Source: a virus (lineage: Duplodnaviria > Heunggongvirae > Uroviricota > Caudoviricetes). From it: a stretch of DNA of 52,506 bases. The notes below the pieces were generated by a model. It made no database searches. It saw only the letters and a program-made list of their open reading frames with translations, and was not told where the DNA came from. The stretch spans positions 1 to 52,506 of IMG/VR virus record IMGVR_UViG_2534681604_000014, one strand, 5' to 3'. Below are positions 9,301 through 18,140 of this stretch, in pieces (positions within the stretch are counted from its first letter, which is position 1; each line of letters opens with the position of its first letter). The position numbers and the translations under genes were made by a program.

Positions 9301-10328
9301 CTAATTCGTTAACCGTTCACCAAAATTTGCCTGCATTGCCGGTCGATGCAACGAGTGATGAGGTTCGCAAGAACCTGATGGATATGTTCAGGGATCGCCA
9401 GGCGTTTTCTGAGCATACCTGGAAAATGCTTCTGTCCGTTTGCCGGTCATGGGCGGCATGGTGCAAGTTGAATAACCGGAAATGGTTTCCGGCAGAACCT
9501 GAAGATGTTCGCGATTATCTTCTATATCTTCAGGCGCGCGGTCTGGCAGTAAAAACTATCCAGCAACATTTGGGCCAGCTAAACATGCTTCATCGTCGGT
9601 CCGGGCTGCCACGACCAAGTGACAGCAATGCTGTTTCACTGGTCATGCGACGGATCCGAAAAGAAAACGTTGATGCCGGTGAACGTGCAAAACAGGCACT
9701 GGCGTTCGAACGCACTGATTTCGACCAGGTTCGTTCACTCATGGAAAATAGCGATCGCTGCCAGGATATACGTAATCTGGCATTTCTGGGGATTGCTTAT
9801 AACACCCTGTTACGTATAGCCGAAATTGCCAGGATCAGGGTTAAAGATATCTCACGTACAGACGGTGGGAGAATGTTAATCCATATTGGCAGAACGAAAA
9901 CGCTGGTTAGTACCGCGGGTGTTGAGAAGGCACTTAGCCTGGGGGTAACTAAACTGGTCGAGCGATGGATTTCTGTCTCTGGTGTGGCTGATGATCCGAA
10001 TAACTACTTGTTTTGCCGTGTCAGAAAAAATGGCGTAGCTGCGCCATCTGACACCAGCCAGCTATCAACTCGCGCCCTGGAAGGGATTTTTGAAGCAACT
10101 CATCGATTGATTTACGGCGCTAAGGATGACTCTGGTCAGAGATACCAGGCCTGGTCTGGACACAGTGCCCGTGTCGGAGCCGCGCGAGATATGGCCCGCG
10201 CCGGAGTTTCAATACCGGAGATCATGCAAGCTGGTGGCTGGACCAACGTAAATATTGTCATGAACTATATCCGTAACCTGGATAGTGAAACAGGGGCAAT
10301 GGTGCGCCTGCTGGAAGATGGCGATTAG
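9297..10328 (+). CDS. cre: Cre tyrosine recombinase
   Basis: 343 aa, near-identical to P1 Cre from residue 6 onward; N-terminus is MTNSL rather than MSNLL. Confidence 0.97.
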   Translation: MTNSLTVHQNLPALPVDATSDEVRKNLMDMFRDRQAFSEHTWKMLLSVCRSWAAWCKLNNRKWFPAEPEDVRDYLLYLQARGLAVKTIQQHLGQLNMLHRRSGLPRPSDSNAVSLVMRRIRKENVDAGERAKQALAFERTDFDQVRSLMENSDRCQDIRNLAFLGIAYNTLLRIAEIARIRVKDISRTDGGRMLIHIGRTKTLVSTAGVEKALSLGVTKLVERWISVSGVADDPNNYLFCRVRKNGVAAPSDTSQLSTRALEGIFEATHRLIYGAKDDSGQRYQAWSGHSARVGAARDMARAGVSIPEIMQAGGWTNVNIVMNYIRNLDSETGAMVRLLEDGD

Positions 10329-10345
10329 CCATTAACGCGTAAATG

Positions 10346-10362
10346 ATTGCTCTAATTCTTTG
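10346..10362 (+). promoter_or_regulatory. C1 operator-like site (core only)
   Basis: ATTGCTCTAATTCTTTG; perfect 11-nt core, divergent 3-prime half. Confidence 0.4.
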
Positions 10363-10378
10363 ATATTTATGGTGACAT

Positions 10379-10690
10379 ATGAGAAAGGATTTCAACATCG
10401 ACGGAAAATATGTAGTGCTGTCTGTAAGCACTAATATTCAGTCGCCAGCCGTCATTGTCACTGTAAAGCTGAGCGATAGAATGCCTGATATTGATTCAAT
10501 ATCCATTGCGTTCCCTGTCAAAAGTATGCGTGGTGCTGAACATTTCGTGATGAATGCCACCGAGGAAGAAGCACGGCGCGGTTTTGCTAAAGTGATGTCT
10601 GAGTTTGGCGAATTTTTGGGGCACGTTGACAAAGCCCTCTCAATCAGTTCAGCAAGGTCCAAAGCGTTAACAGCTTCCATGATGAAATAA
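10379..10690 (+). CDS. hypothetical protein (c8 position)
   Basis: 103-aa ORF between cre and ref. Confidence 0.4.
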   Translation: MRKDFNIDGKYVVLSVSTNIQSPAVIVTVKLSDRMPDIDSISIAFPVKSMRGAEHFVMNATEEEARRGFAKVMSEFGEFLGHVDKALSISSARSKALTASMMK

Positions 10691-10716
10691 AAAAAAGCCT
10701 GGCAAGGAGCCAGGCT
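10688..10716 (-). terminator. intrinsic terminator for leftward transcription
   Basis: 8-bp stem AGCCTGGC/GCCAGGCT (10696-10716) followed on the minus strand by T8 (10688-10695). Confidence 0.6.
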
Positions 10717-10822
10717 GCACAAAAGAGTGGGTTTGTATTCCGCATCCAATCAATCAAGAAGGAGTATAGCACACAGGTACTGAAGTGAAAAAATGTGATT
10801 AGCGATAAACAAAATATCTATC

Positions 10823-10846
10823 ATTGCTCTAATTGCTTGCTATAAT
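10823..10846 (+). promoter_or_regulatory. C1 operator overlapping the ref promoter
   Basis: ATTGCTCTAATTGCTTG followed by TATAAT at 10841-10846, upstream of ref. Confidence 0.6.
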
Positions 10847-10937
10847 TGAGCCGCAGTTTTTGTCAACTACGAAGACGTTGCCATTACTTCACTCCTTGAC
10901 ATCATTGGCGGCCATTAGGCCGCCTTTTTTTTGCCAT

Positions 10938-11498
10938 ATGAAAACAATCGAACAAAAAATTGAACAGTGCCGCAAGTGGCAGAAGGCAGCCAGAGAACGA
11001 GCGATCGCTCGGCAACGGGAGAAGTTGGCTGATCCGGTCTGGCGAGAATCTCAATATCAGAAAATGCGGGATACTCTCGACCGCCGTATCTCTAAACAGA
11101 AAGAGCGCCCACCAGCCAGCAAAACGCGGAAAAGCGCGGTAAAAATAAAATCTCGTGGCTTGAAGGGGAGAACACCAACGGCGGAGGAACGGCGCATCGC
11201 CAATGCTCTTGGCGCTCTCCCCTGCATTGCCTGCTATATGCATGGAGTAATATCTAATGAGGTGTCTCTGCACCATATCGCCGGTCGTACCGCGCCGGGT
11301 TGTCATAAAAAGCAATTGCCACTTTGTAGATGGCACCACCAGCATGCAGCTCCGGCTGAAGTAAGAGCAAAATACCCCTGGCTGGTCCCTGTTCATGCCG
11401 ATGGTGTGGTTGGAGGCAAGAAAGAATTCACCCTGCTGAACAAGTCAGAGATGGAGTTGCTGGTTGACGCCTATGAGATGGCAAACATCATGCACTAA
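10938..11498 (+). CDS. ref: Ref recombination enhancement function (HNH endonuclease)
   Basis: 186 aa from the internal ATG (MKTIEQKIEQ...), recognised as P1 Ref; the 10833 start in the ORF track is rejected. Confidence 0.85.
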   Translation: MKTIEQKIEQCRKWQKAARERAIARQREKLADPVWRESQYQKMRDTLDRRISKQKERPPASKTRKSAVKIKSRGLKGRTPTAEERRIANALGALPCIACYMHGVISNEVSLHHIAGRTAPGCHKKQLPLCRWHHQHAAPAEVRAKYPWLVPVHADGVVGGKKEFTLLNKSEMELLVDAYEMANIMH

Positions 11499-11687
11499 TA
11501 AATATATTATTTTTAATCTTAAATGATTGACAACTGACAAGTGACTTCAGTCAGAATCATCACACGCCCGGTACGGATGGATCCCTTTTCAAATATTCCA
11601 TGGACGGCACAGTCTGAGTACCGGGCGCTACCTTCAGTTGTATTGCTAAACCGCCGCGGGTGGCTTTTCTTTTTTGTAGGGGGCGCT

Positions 11688-12329
11688 ATGGATAAGAAAA
11701 TATGCGTTGTTTCGATGAGCGTCGGCAAACCGGCGTCAATGGCTGCTGCATGGATCAACAACGAGCTGATAATGGCTGAGCGGACCAGCTACCCTGAACG
11801 CCGCCGCGACATGGAACTCCAGCTGCTGCGCGAATTGCGAGAAAAAGAGGAAAAGGGTTTTATCGTGCTGGTGGAAGAGGAAAACAGCTTTATTACTGGT
11901 CGAGTTGGCCAGCGTGTAAGGTTGCGCGATCCCTTCATGAACGGCAGGCCGGTACTGATTGAAGCAATGCAGATTTACAAGGAGCTGGAACGCCAGAAAG
12001 CGATCAAGTTACCGCGCAAGGAATCCGGCAAATACATCCTCCACCAAAGCATCTTCGATTCCGAACACGATAAAAAAGGCGATGAATTTTTCAACATCAA
12101 CTGGAGTGAAATAACGACAGAGTATGTACTGACGTTACTATGTTGCTTTGCGACGGAATACAACAACGTTGCCAGCGCCGACTACATCAGGGCAATGGCT
12201 GGAGAAGTTGAGGCACGCCAGGAACCATCGTTACTAAGCCCTCTCATTAACATAATTCGGGGCACACAGAAACTTGCAGAAAAAAGAGTTCCTCATGGAA
12301 TCTTAACTGGAGAGGGGAACTATTTTTAA
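11688..12329 (+). CDS. mat: Mat-like protein
   Basis: 213 aa from ATG 11688 (MDKKICV...); lies between ref and res as P1 mat does. Confidence 0.5.
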   Translation: MDKKICVVSMSVGKPASMAAAWINNELIMAERTSYPERRRDMELQLLRELREKEEKGFIVLVEEENSFITGRVGQRVRLRDPFMNGRPVLIEAMQIYKELERQKAIKLPRKESGKYILHQSIFDSEHDKKGDEFFNINWSEITTEYVLTLLCCFATEYNNVASADYIRAMAGEVEARQEPSLLSPLINIIRGTQKLAEKRVPHGILTGEGNYF

Positions 12330-12370
12330 CGGCCTAAACGCCACTTCTTTCAGGTCGTGTAGGATGTCAA

Positions 12371-12394
12371 AAAAGGAGGTTTTCACCTCCTTTT
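12371..12394. terminator. bidirectional stem-loop between convergent mat and res
   Basis: 10-bp perfect stem AAAAGGAGGT / ACCTCCTTTT with loop TTTC. Confidence 0.6.
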
Positions 12395-12403
12395 AAACTA
12401 GAA

Positions 12404-15316
12404 TTATGGTAATGCGCTCTTGATTAACTGATAAATATCATCATTAGCAAACTGCGTTCTGAATTCAACTTTAACAGACTGACTTATTTGATTGAAAAGC
12501 GCTTGGGCATGTTCAATTTTCCGTTTTTCTTCAAGCCGTAAACTATCCTTACTATCTACGTTTTTTGTTTCAATGATAAAGTTAAGATAATCACCTTCCG
12601 CTGTTTTTACAACATAAGCAAAATCGGGTGAGTAAGTGTATCCACCAGCTACCGGGATCTTAATAGAATTCTTCGGTATCTTTGAAAAAACAACAACAGA
12701 CTGGATCTCTCTATCTGTTATATTACGCCTTTCAAGCTCTGAATCATAAAAAACTTCTTCAAAAAGATAAGTATCTAATGGTGCTTTTGCATTATCCTGC
12801 AATACACCAAGATCACTTGATAATACCTCGCCTAGAGGATTACCATCAGCATTTGTGAACTTTGTAGGATGAATTGAACCCGAAATCAAATTATATCCGA
12901 GGCTGAATTTGTTAAACGAATTGTGCAACAAATACTTACTAAAACCAGATTTAATTTTTCTGATTGTTTGAATATTAAGGTATTCAGTGATATTAATAGT
13001 GTCTTTTATATCACAAAAAACTTTATGTAAAGTACCGTGTTTAACAAAAATAGTTTGTGATAAGTTATCGAGAAACTCTCGATAGCTCATTGTGTTTAGC
13101 TTAGCAAAGTCATCGTCATCACTGACAATGCTTTTCGACATTGCCATATCATTGTGGATGTAAATTTTATCAATGCGAGTATGAACGCCTGATTTGGTAA
13201 ATCGTTCTGTTTCTTCGAGCATGAATGACTTGAAAATGGATAAAAATTCACTTTCACTGTTTATTTTGTACTCAATCACCGCTTTTTGATTGATCAAATC
13301 CCATAGTTCTTTCAGCTCACTGAACTTACCAACACGCATTTTAGTGCGTCTTTTTCCATCAGTAGCTTTTTTGATTTTACCAGGTTTCACTCCTATAGGG
13401 AATGCTGCTGGATATTTGGATTTTAAGCGGCTATAGGCATCTGAATCTTTGAAATTATCATTGTCATCAATGATTTCATCATTGAAAAGTTCATTCATTA
13501 GTGCTCTGGATGAAAGCTCAGGATACTGAGCCCTGATTTGTTCCTTAAGCTCTTGAGTAAACTTACTTGGAACCCTTTCTTTGAAAGAACTCTCGTTGAC
13601 CTCTTTAACAAGTGAGTCAACAAAATCCTTTTCTGTAAAATCAACATAATATTTAAGGGTAAAATTGCGGTCTTTCACTCGACACATGTATTCATTCACA
13701 GGAAGACGCAAACCGCGCCCTACCTCTTGAAGCTTAGATGTGGTACTACCGCTCGAACGGAGCTTACAGATCTGAAAGACATTAGGATTATCCCACCCCT
13801 CACGCAACGTCCATTTTGAGAAAATAAACCGACGGGGATTATCTAAAGACAGCAAAAGCTCTTTGTCATGAAGGATTTCGTTGATTTCCTGCTCGATTTT
13901 ATCATCCTTATCACTGTTATCTTTTGAGAAATAACCACCATGAACGGAAGATATATTTTTGACTGTTTTTTCAAGATAGTTTTTATAAAACGCATCATGC
14001 TCTGTTTTTAACAGTTCATTAGCTTCTGCCAGAACGTATTCTTCGAATTTGGTCTTCAGGCTTCCGGCAATATCATTACCGTCACGATAGCCTTCAATAT
14101 CGTCAATAAAGAAAAGAGTAAGAGGCTTTATGCGTGGCCTTTGTGTCAGAAGTTCTTTTTCTAACTTAAAGTGTTCTTTGACAGCCTTACGCATCATGTT
14201 ATCAGCGAGTGTCTGATCGTAAGAATAGGGATTTATTGAGCTACCAATCTTCAACTCAATACCATTACTCAACACTGCTGTGCTCTTGTTTAAAGCATCA
14301 AGAGTTAAATCATGGATCGCACTATGCGTCTTAGACAGCGATTCACCTTTAGCTAACTTAAACGATTTTTTTTTGTTGTTTTCATTCAGTTCAAATGTAG
14401 CTTCCTTTCCGTCAGATTTGACGAATTTGAGGTTTGCGTTACCATCGCCGACTATATCCTCAATATATGCATCAATACCTTTAACGAGATCTTCGTTAAA
14501 TGCGTCCACGGCTGTAAGACGATAAACCAGGTTCTTATAGCCTTCGCTAAAGGTTGCGCCATAGCGGATAATATATTGTGCGTTAAATTTCTCTATGTTT
14601 TCCCATGTTTTTTTACCAGTAGGAAATCTATGTGGTTCGTCAATGATGATAAATGGTTTTACAGCTCTGAGCGCGTCAACTGGAGTATTAAACTGATTAT
14701 CAAGCAAGCCAGTATCGTAAGTATCCGTTAAAGACTTAGAGTTGATCATTCCTGAGTTAATAACAAGAACGTGTATATATTTTTTATTGAAGTTACTTGC
14801 TTCAACAAAATCATGTATAGCCTGAGGCATATACGATTTTGTATTTTTGCCAGAGTTTTTCTGACTTTCAACAACGTAAGTTCTCAGCTCACGCTCGTAA
14901 TCATCCCGGAAATGTTCTTTTAAAGCATCACTTTTTAAAAAGTTAACGGTTCCGGCCTTGATAGATAGAGTCGGAACAATGATGATAAACTTGTTAATAC
15001 CAAATGATTTATTCAGGTCAAAAATAGTTTTGGTATAGGTGTACGTCTTGCCTGTACCTGTCTCCATAGAAACATCAATGATGTTGCTTTTAGCATTGTG
15101 ATTATCTTTTGAGTGCGCAATACCATTGAACGCCTGAACATTTTTTATATTGTTGTAGTATTGTTGTTCAGACAGCTTCAGTTCTGGATTAGCTAAAAGG
15201 CGAACAGCAACATTATCCGTCAGGTGAGGTGTTGCGGAAACAAAAACATTCATCACCGCATCGACTCCTGCTTTCTGATGCGGCAAGTTCTTTTCGAGAG
15301 TGAACCCTTTTGACAT
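12404..15316 (-). CDS. res: type III restriction enzyme Res subunit
   Basis: 970 aa; helicase Walker A GTGKT, motif II DEPH, C-terminal PD-(D/E)xK-like YSPDF...IIETK; low GC. Confidence 0.9.
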   Translation of the reverse strand: MSKGFTLEKNLPHQKAGVDAVMNVFVSATPHLTDNVAVRLLANPELKLSEQQYYNNIKNVQAFNGIAHSKDNHNAKSNIIDVSMETGTGKTYTYTKTIFDLNKSFGINKFIIIVPTLSIKAGTVNFLKSDALKEHFRDDYERELRTYVVESQKNSGKNTKSYMPQAIHDFVEASNFNKKYIHVLVINSGMINSKSLTDTYDTGLLDNQFNTPVDALRAVKPFIIIDEPHRFPTGKKTWENIEKFNAQYIIRYGATFSEGYKNLVYRLTAVDAFNEDLVKGIDAYIEDIVGDGNANLKFVKSDGKEATFELNENNKKKSFKLAKGESLSKTHSAIHDLTLDALNKSTAVLSNGIELKIGSSINPYSYDQTLADNMMRKAVKEHFKLEKELLTQRPRIKPLTLFFIDDIEGYRDGNDIAGSLKTKFEEYVLAEANELLKTEHDAFYKNYLEKTVKNISSVHGGYFSKDNSDKDDKIEQEINEILHDKELLLSLDNPRRFIFSKWTLREGWDNPNVFQICKLRSSGSTTSKLQEVGRGLRLPVNEYMCRVKDRNFTLKYYVDFTEKDFVDSLVKEVNESSFKERVPSKFTQELKEQIRAQYPELSSRALMNELFNDEIIDDNDNFKDSDAYSRLKSKYPAAFPIGVKPGKIKKATDGKRRTKMRVGKFSELKELWDLINQKAVIEYKINSESEFLSIFKSFMLEETERFTKSGVHTRIDKIYIHNDMAMSKSIVSDDDDFAKLNTMSYREFLDNLSQTIFVKHGTLHKVFCDIKDTINITEYLNIQTIRKIKSGFSKYLLHNSFNKFSLGYNLISGSIHPTKFTNADGNPLGEVLSSDLGVLQDNAKAPLDTYLFEEVFYDSELERRNITDREIQSVVVFSKIPKNSIKIPVAGGYTYSPDFAYVVKTAEGDYLNFIIETKNVDSKDSLRLEEKRKIEHAQALFNQISQSVKVEFRTQFANDDIYQLIKSALP

Positions 15317-15318
15317 GA

Positions 15319-17256
15319 TTAGTTCCTCACCACCAAATCTAACTCAATAGATTTTTTATTAGCATAACTTTTCAGGGCTTCATTGAGTTCCATTTGTTTT
15401 GCGCTATCAAAATTACAGCCATAAAACACAACTTTGTGTGGTGCAAAGTCTTTGTCTGAATCCAGCTTTTGAAGTAATGCTTTCAGTGCTTCGCTGGTAA
15501 AATTAGTTTCGATCAAATACAAACGACTATCGCACAAATGTGCTTTGTAGCCACTAAGATCAACATCTTTAATCGGTGTTGTTAGCAGGCTGCCATCATA
15601 CAGACACCATGTAGTCAATAAGGCATCATACTGTTCAGGAGTTAATACTACATCATCAAAGAATGTATGATTAGACAGCGTAAGTTCTGACTCATCTTTG
15701 ATGCGAAAATCTGTCATTAATTGGTAAATTTTAAAGCCAAACTTACCGCTTCCCTCACAAACTCTAATTAATCTTTCTTTGGTTAGGTCATAAATGGTTT
15801 TAAAACCATGCTTAAAAGCGTCAGAATTATCTTTTGTATCCTCATCTAATTGAACAGTTATGAATTGATAATTCATGCCTTTTTCTTTGTTTAAGTTTAA
15901 AATAGCATGCGCTGTTGTACCCGAACCTGCAAAAAAATCCAATACAATACCTTTGCCATCACATGCAAAAGAGATCAATTCTTCAAGTAGTTTAATGGTT
16001 TTAGGGTTAGTGAAAGGCTTAGTCATTTCAGGGAAAATTGCTTTTAGCTCATTAGCCCCGGCTCGACCATCAATATTAATAACAGAACTTAACTTCTGCT
16101 TATAATCTTTAGCATAAACCTTTATTTCCACTAATTTATTTTCATCTTCACCAAAGATAATCCGCCCATCATCAATCATTTTTAGCATAGTAGCTTCAGG
16201 GAAGCGATATCCCATCAAAGGCTGCTTGCAAGGTTTCTTTGTTATTGGATGAATAATATCATACCGATATCCTTCTTTACCGGGGTTATGAATCCCCCTC
16301 TCCCCAGAATATACACCTTTACGGTCTATAAACTTATAATTTTCCAGAGGCCATAATTGACTTTTGTTTTCTCTAAACCACTTTGTGTACTCTTCCTGTA
16401 ATTTTTCGTCATCTTTTATGTCATTAATTAATGAATCGCCTACTTCAACAAGCAAATCCTTTACATCTGAGATGTTTGACTTCCACTCAGTTTCAATTAA
16501 TTCTTTATTTCTAGCATAAACAACAATATATTCATGTTCTACAGCAATGTTCGAAGGATTGTTATCTGTAACATTTTTCCAGACGATGTCTCCGATGTGA
16601 TTTTGTTCACCAAAAATCTCATCGCAAACTAGCTTTAATTGACTAAACTCATTGTCATCAATAGAAATAAAAATAGTCCCATCTTCTCTCATTAATTCAC
16701 GAGCAATATAAAGGCGTGGGTAAATGAATGTCAGCCATGCACTATGACTGCTTGACCCCTTGGTGGTAAATTCTAATATGCGTTTAGCCTCATCGAGGTC
16801 GATGCCTGCTAGTTCAGAAAGCTGCTCAGGTGTAAATTTGCGATCATCATTATAAACGAACCCATCCTTACCTGTATTGTATGGTGGGTCAATGTAAATC
16901 ATCTTCACCTTTTCAGCGTAAGCATTAACCATATGCTTCAATACTTCGAGATTATCCCCTTTGATTAACAGGTGTTGACTGTTCTTGTTCTCTTCTTGTT
17001 GGTTATGAGTTTTATCTTCTGCCAACAACGTTTTCGGTGGTAGATTGGCCAACAAACGGGCATAAGATTTACCCAGCCAGTTCAAGCTGTATGATTCTTT
17101 AGAGAGTTCAACTTCCGATGCCCTAATAATCTCAAGCAATTTTTCTTGAATGAAGGCTCCGTTTTTATCAAAACACTGAGGGAAATTAGCTTTCAACACA
17201 GCCAGTTGCTTGCTGTTAGCCGTTTCTACTTCGGAAAAAATCGTTTCTTTTTTCAT
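15319..17256 (-). CDS. mod: type III Mod N6-adenine methyltransferase
   Basis: 645 aa from ATG 17256 (MKKETIF...); DPPY motif before the FAGSGTT motif (beta-class order); an upstream in-frame ATG at 17277 is possible. Confidence 0.9.
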   Translation of the reverse strand: MKKETIFSEVETANSKQLAVLKANFPQCFDKNGAFIQEKLLEIIRASEVELSKESYSLNWLGKSYARLLANLPPKTLLAEDKTHNQQEENKNSQHLLIKGDNLEVLKHMVNAYAEKVKMIYIDPPYNTGKDGFVYNDDRKFTPEQLSELAGIDLDEAKRILEFTTKGSSSHSAWLTFIYPRLYIARELMREDGTIFISIDDNEFSQLKLVCDEIFGEQNHIGDIVWKNVTDNNPSNIAVEHEYIVVYARNKELIETEWKSNISDVKDLLVEVGDSLINDIKDDEKLQEEYTKWFRENKSQLWPLENYKFIDRKGVYSGERGIHNPGKEGYRYDIIHPITKKPCKQPLMGYRFPEATMLKMIDDGRIIFGEDENKLVEIKVYAKDYKQKLSSVINIDGRAGANELKAIFPEMTKPFTNPKTIKLLEELISFACDGKGIVLDFFAGSGTTAHAILNLNKEKGMNYQFITVQLDEDTKDNSDAFKHGFKTIYDLTKERLIRVCEGSGKFGFKIYQLMTDFRIKDESELTLSNHTFFDDVVLTPEQYDALLTTWCLYDGSLLTTPIKDVDLSGYKAHLCDSRLYLIETNFTSEALKALLQKLDSDKDFAPHKVVFYGCNFDSAKQMELNEALKSYANKKSIELDLVVRN

Positions 17257-17421
17257 ATCCATTTTAAACCAGATCATTTAGCAACAAAGCGCCGCCTCCC
17301 CAGCCCACTAGAGCCAGAAGTTGTCACACTTATACGAGGGCACTATCACTATCTATATGTTTGAATAATCGTTTTTCTTTGAGCGATGCTCGGCGAGCAA
17401 ACAGCCATAATTTGGGGAAGT

Positions 17422-17670
17422 TTAATCCGCATTGAGAAGCAATGCATTATCTATGATGATCTGCTCCCATTCTTCGAATGCCCGATCGCGGACCCCCTGG
17501 GGAACACTGTTTGTTTTGAAATCAACGACTGTCCGCCATTTCCCGTCCGGACGGTACATGCGCAGAGCTTTACTGCCCCCTTCCCTTCGCACCTCAACGT
17601 TATGCTTGTCAGCAAACTCTTGTAATGCTCGTAGCGTCCCATGCTTTACTGTGTAGTATCGCTTTTTCAA
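17422..17670 (-). CDS. lxc: Lxc/Bof C1 co-repressor
   Basis: 82-aa ORF (MKKRYYTVKHG...) upstream of ulx-darB as in P1. Confidence 0.65.
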   Translation of the reverse strand: MKKRYYTVKHGTLRALQEFADKHNVEVRREGGSKALRMYRPDGKWRTVVDFKTNSVPQGVRDRAFEEWEQIIIDNALLLNAD

Positions 17671-18107
17671 GTTTTCTCTCCAGCCTGTGCCAAGGCTTCA
17701 ACTTCCAAATCGTAAGACTCAAACTCATAGTCTTGGTCGTCAACTTCTTCAGGCACTGGCAGTAAATGCCAGGCTGAGTATATCTGACCATTATCAAAAC
17801 GCTCCTGGCTGTAGAGCGTCGCGGCTATGAGTGTTAGCGCCGGGCGGTCATAACGGTAAATTTTGCGAACGTCACGGTCAACGAGACGACCGAAATTACC
17901 ATAACCGCGCTCCAGTAATAATTTTTTAATTTCCGGCCAGTATGGGCCATAGCTGCGGTACAGGCGGGGATTTTTAAGCAATCGCCCGCGTAGCCCTGAC
18001 AGGAAGAAATCAACGTATTCGTCTTCTGTCTTTCCTAACAACGCCGTACGCAGTACCGCCTCAAGATATGTTTTATTCGGTTTTATTGTATCAGATAGTG
18101 TGGACAT
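17667..18107 (-). CDS. ulx: Ulx
   Basis: 146-aa ORF between darB and lxc; 4-nt overlap with lxc. Confidence 0.6.
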   Translation of the reverse strand: MSTLSDTIKPNKTYLEAVLRTALLGKTEDEYVDFFLSGLRGRLLKNPRLYRSYGPYWPEIKKLLLERGYGNFGRLVDRDVRKIYRYDRPALTLIAATLYSQERFDNGQIYSAWHLLPVPEEVDDQDYEFESYDLEVEALAQAGEKT

Positions 18108-18140
18108 ATTATGCGACGCCCGGCGAACCGGGCGCTCCTG

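Noticed and set aside
10438-10749. 103-aa minus-strand ORF antisense to the c8-position gene
   Set aside because: Same length as the plus-strand ORF and no independent support. The leftward terminator at 10688-10716 lies upstream of it rather than downstream, so it cannot be its terminator.
10833-11498. 221-aa extended Ref ORF
   Set aside because: The Ref sequence I recognise starts at MKTIEQ (10938); the extension would overlap the operator and promoter.
11541-12329. 262-aa version of the mat ORF
   Set aside because: The internal ATG at 11688 preceded by AGGGGG is a better start; the extension is not conserved-looking and begins right after ref.
14280-14525. 81-aa plus-strand ORF inside res
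   Set aside because: Antisense within the res coding region, in low-complexity AT-rich sequence.
17386-17656. Plus-strand ORFs overlapping lxc
   Set aside because: Antisense to an 82-aa ORF in its expected position; no RBS.
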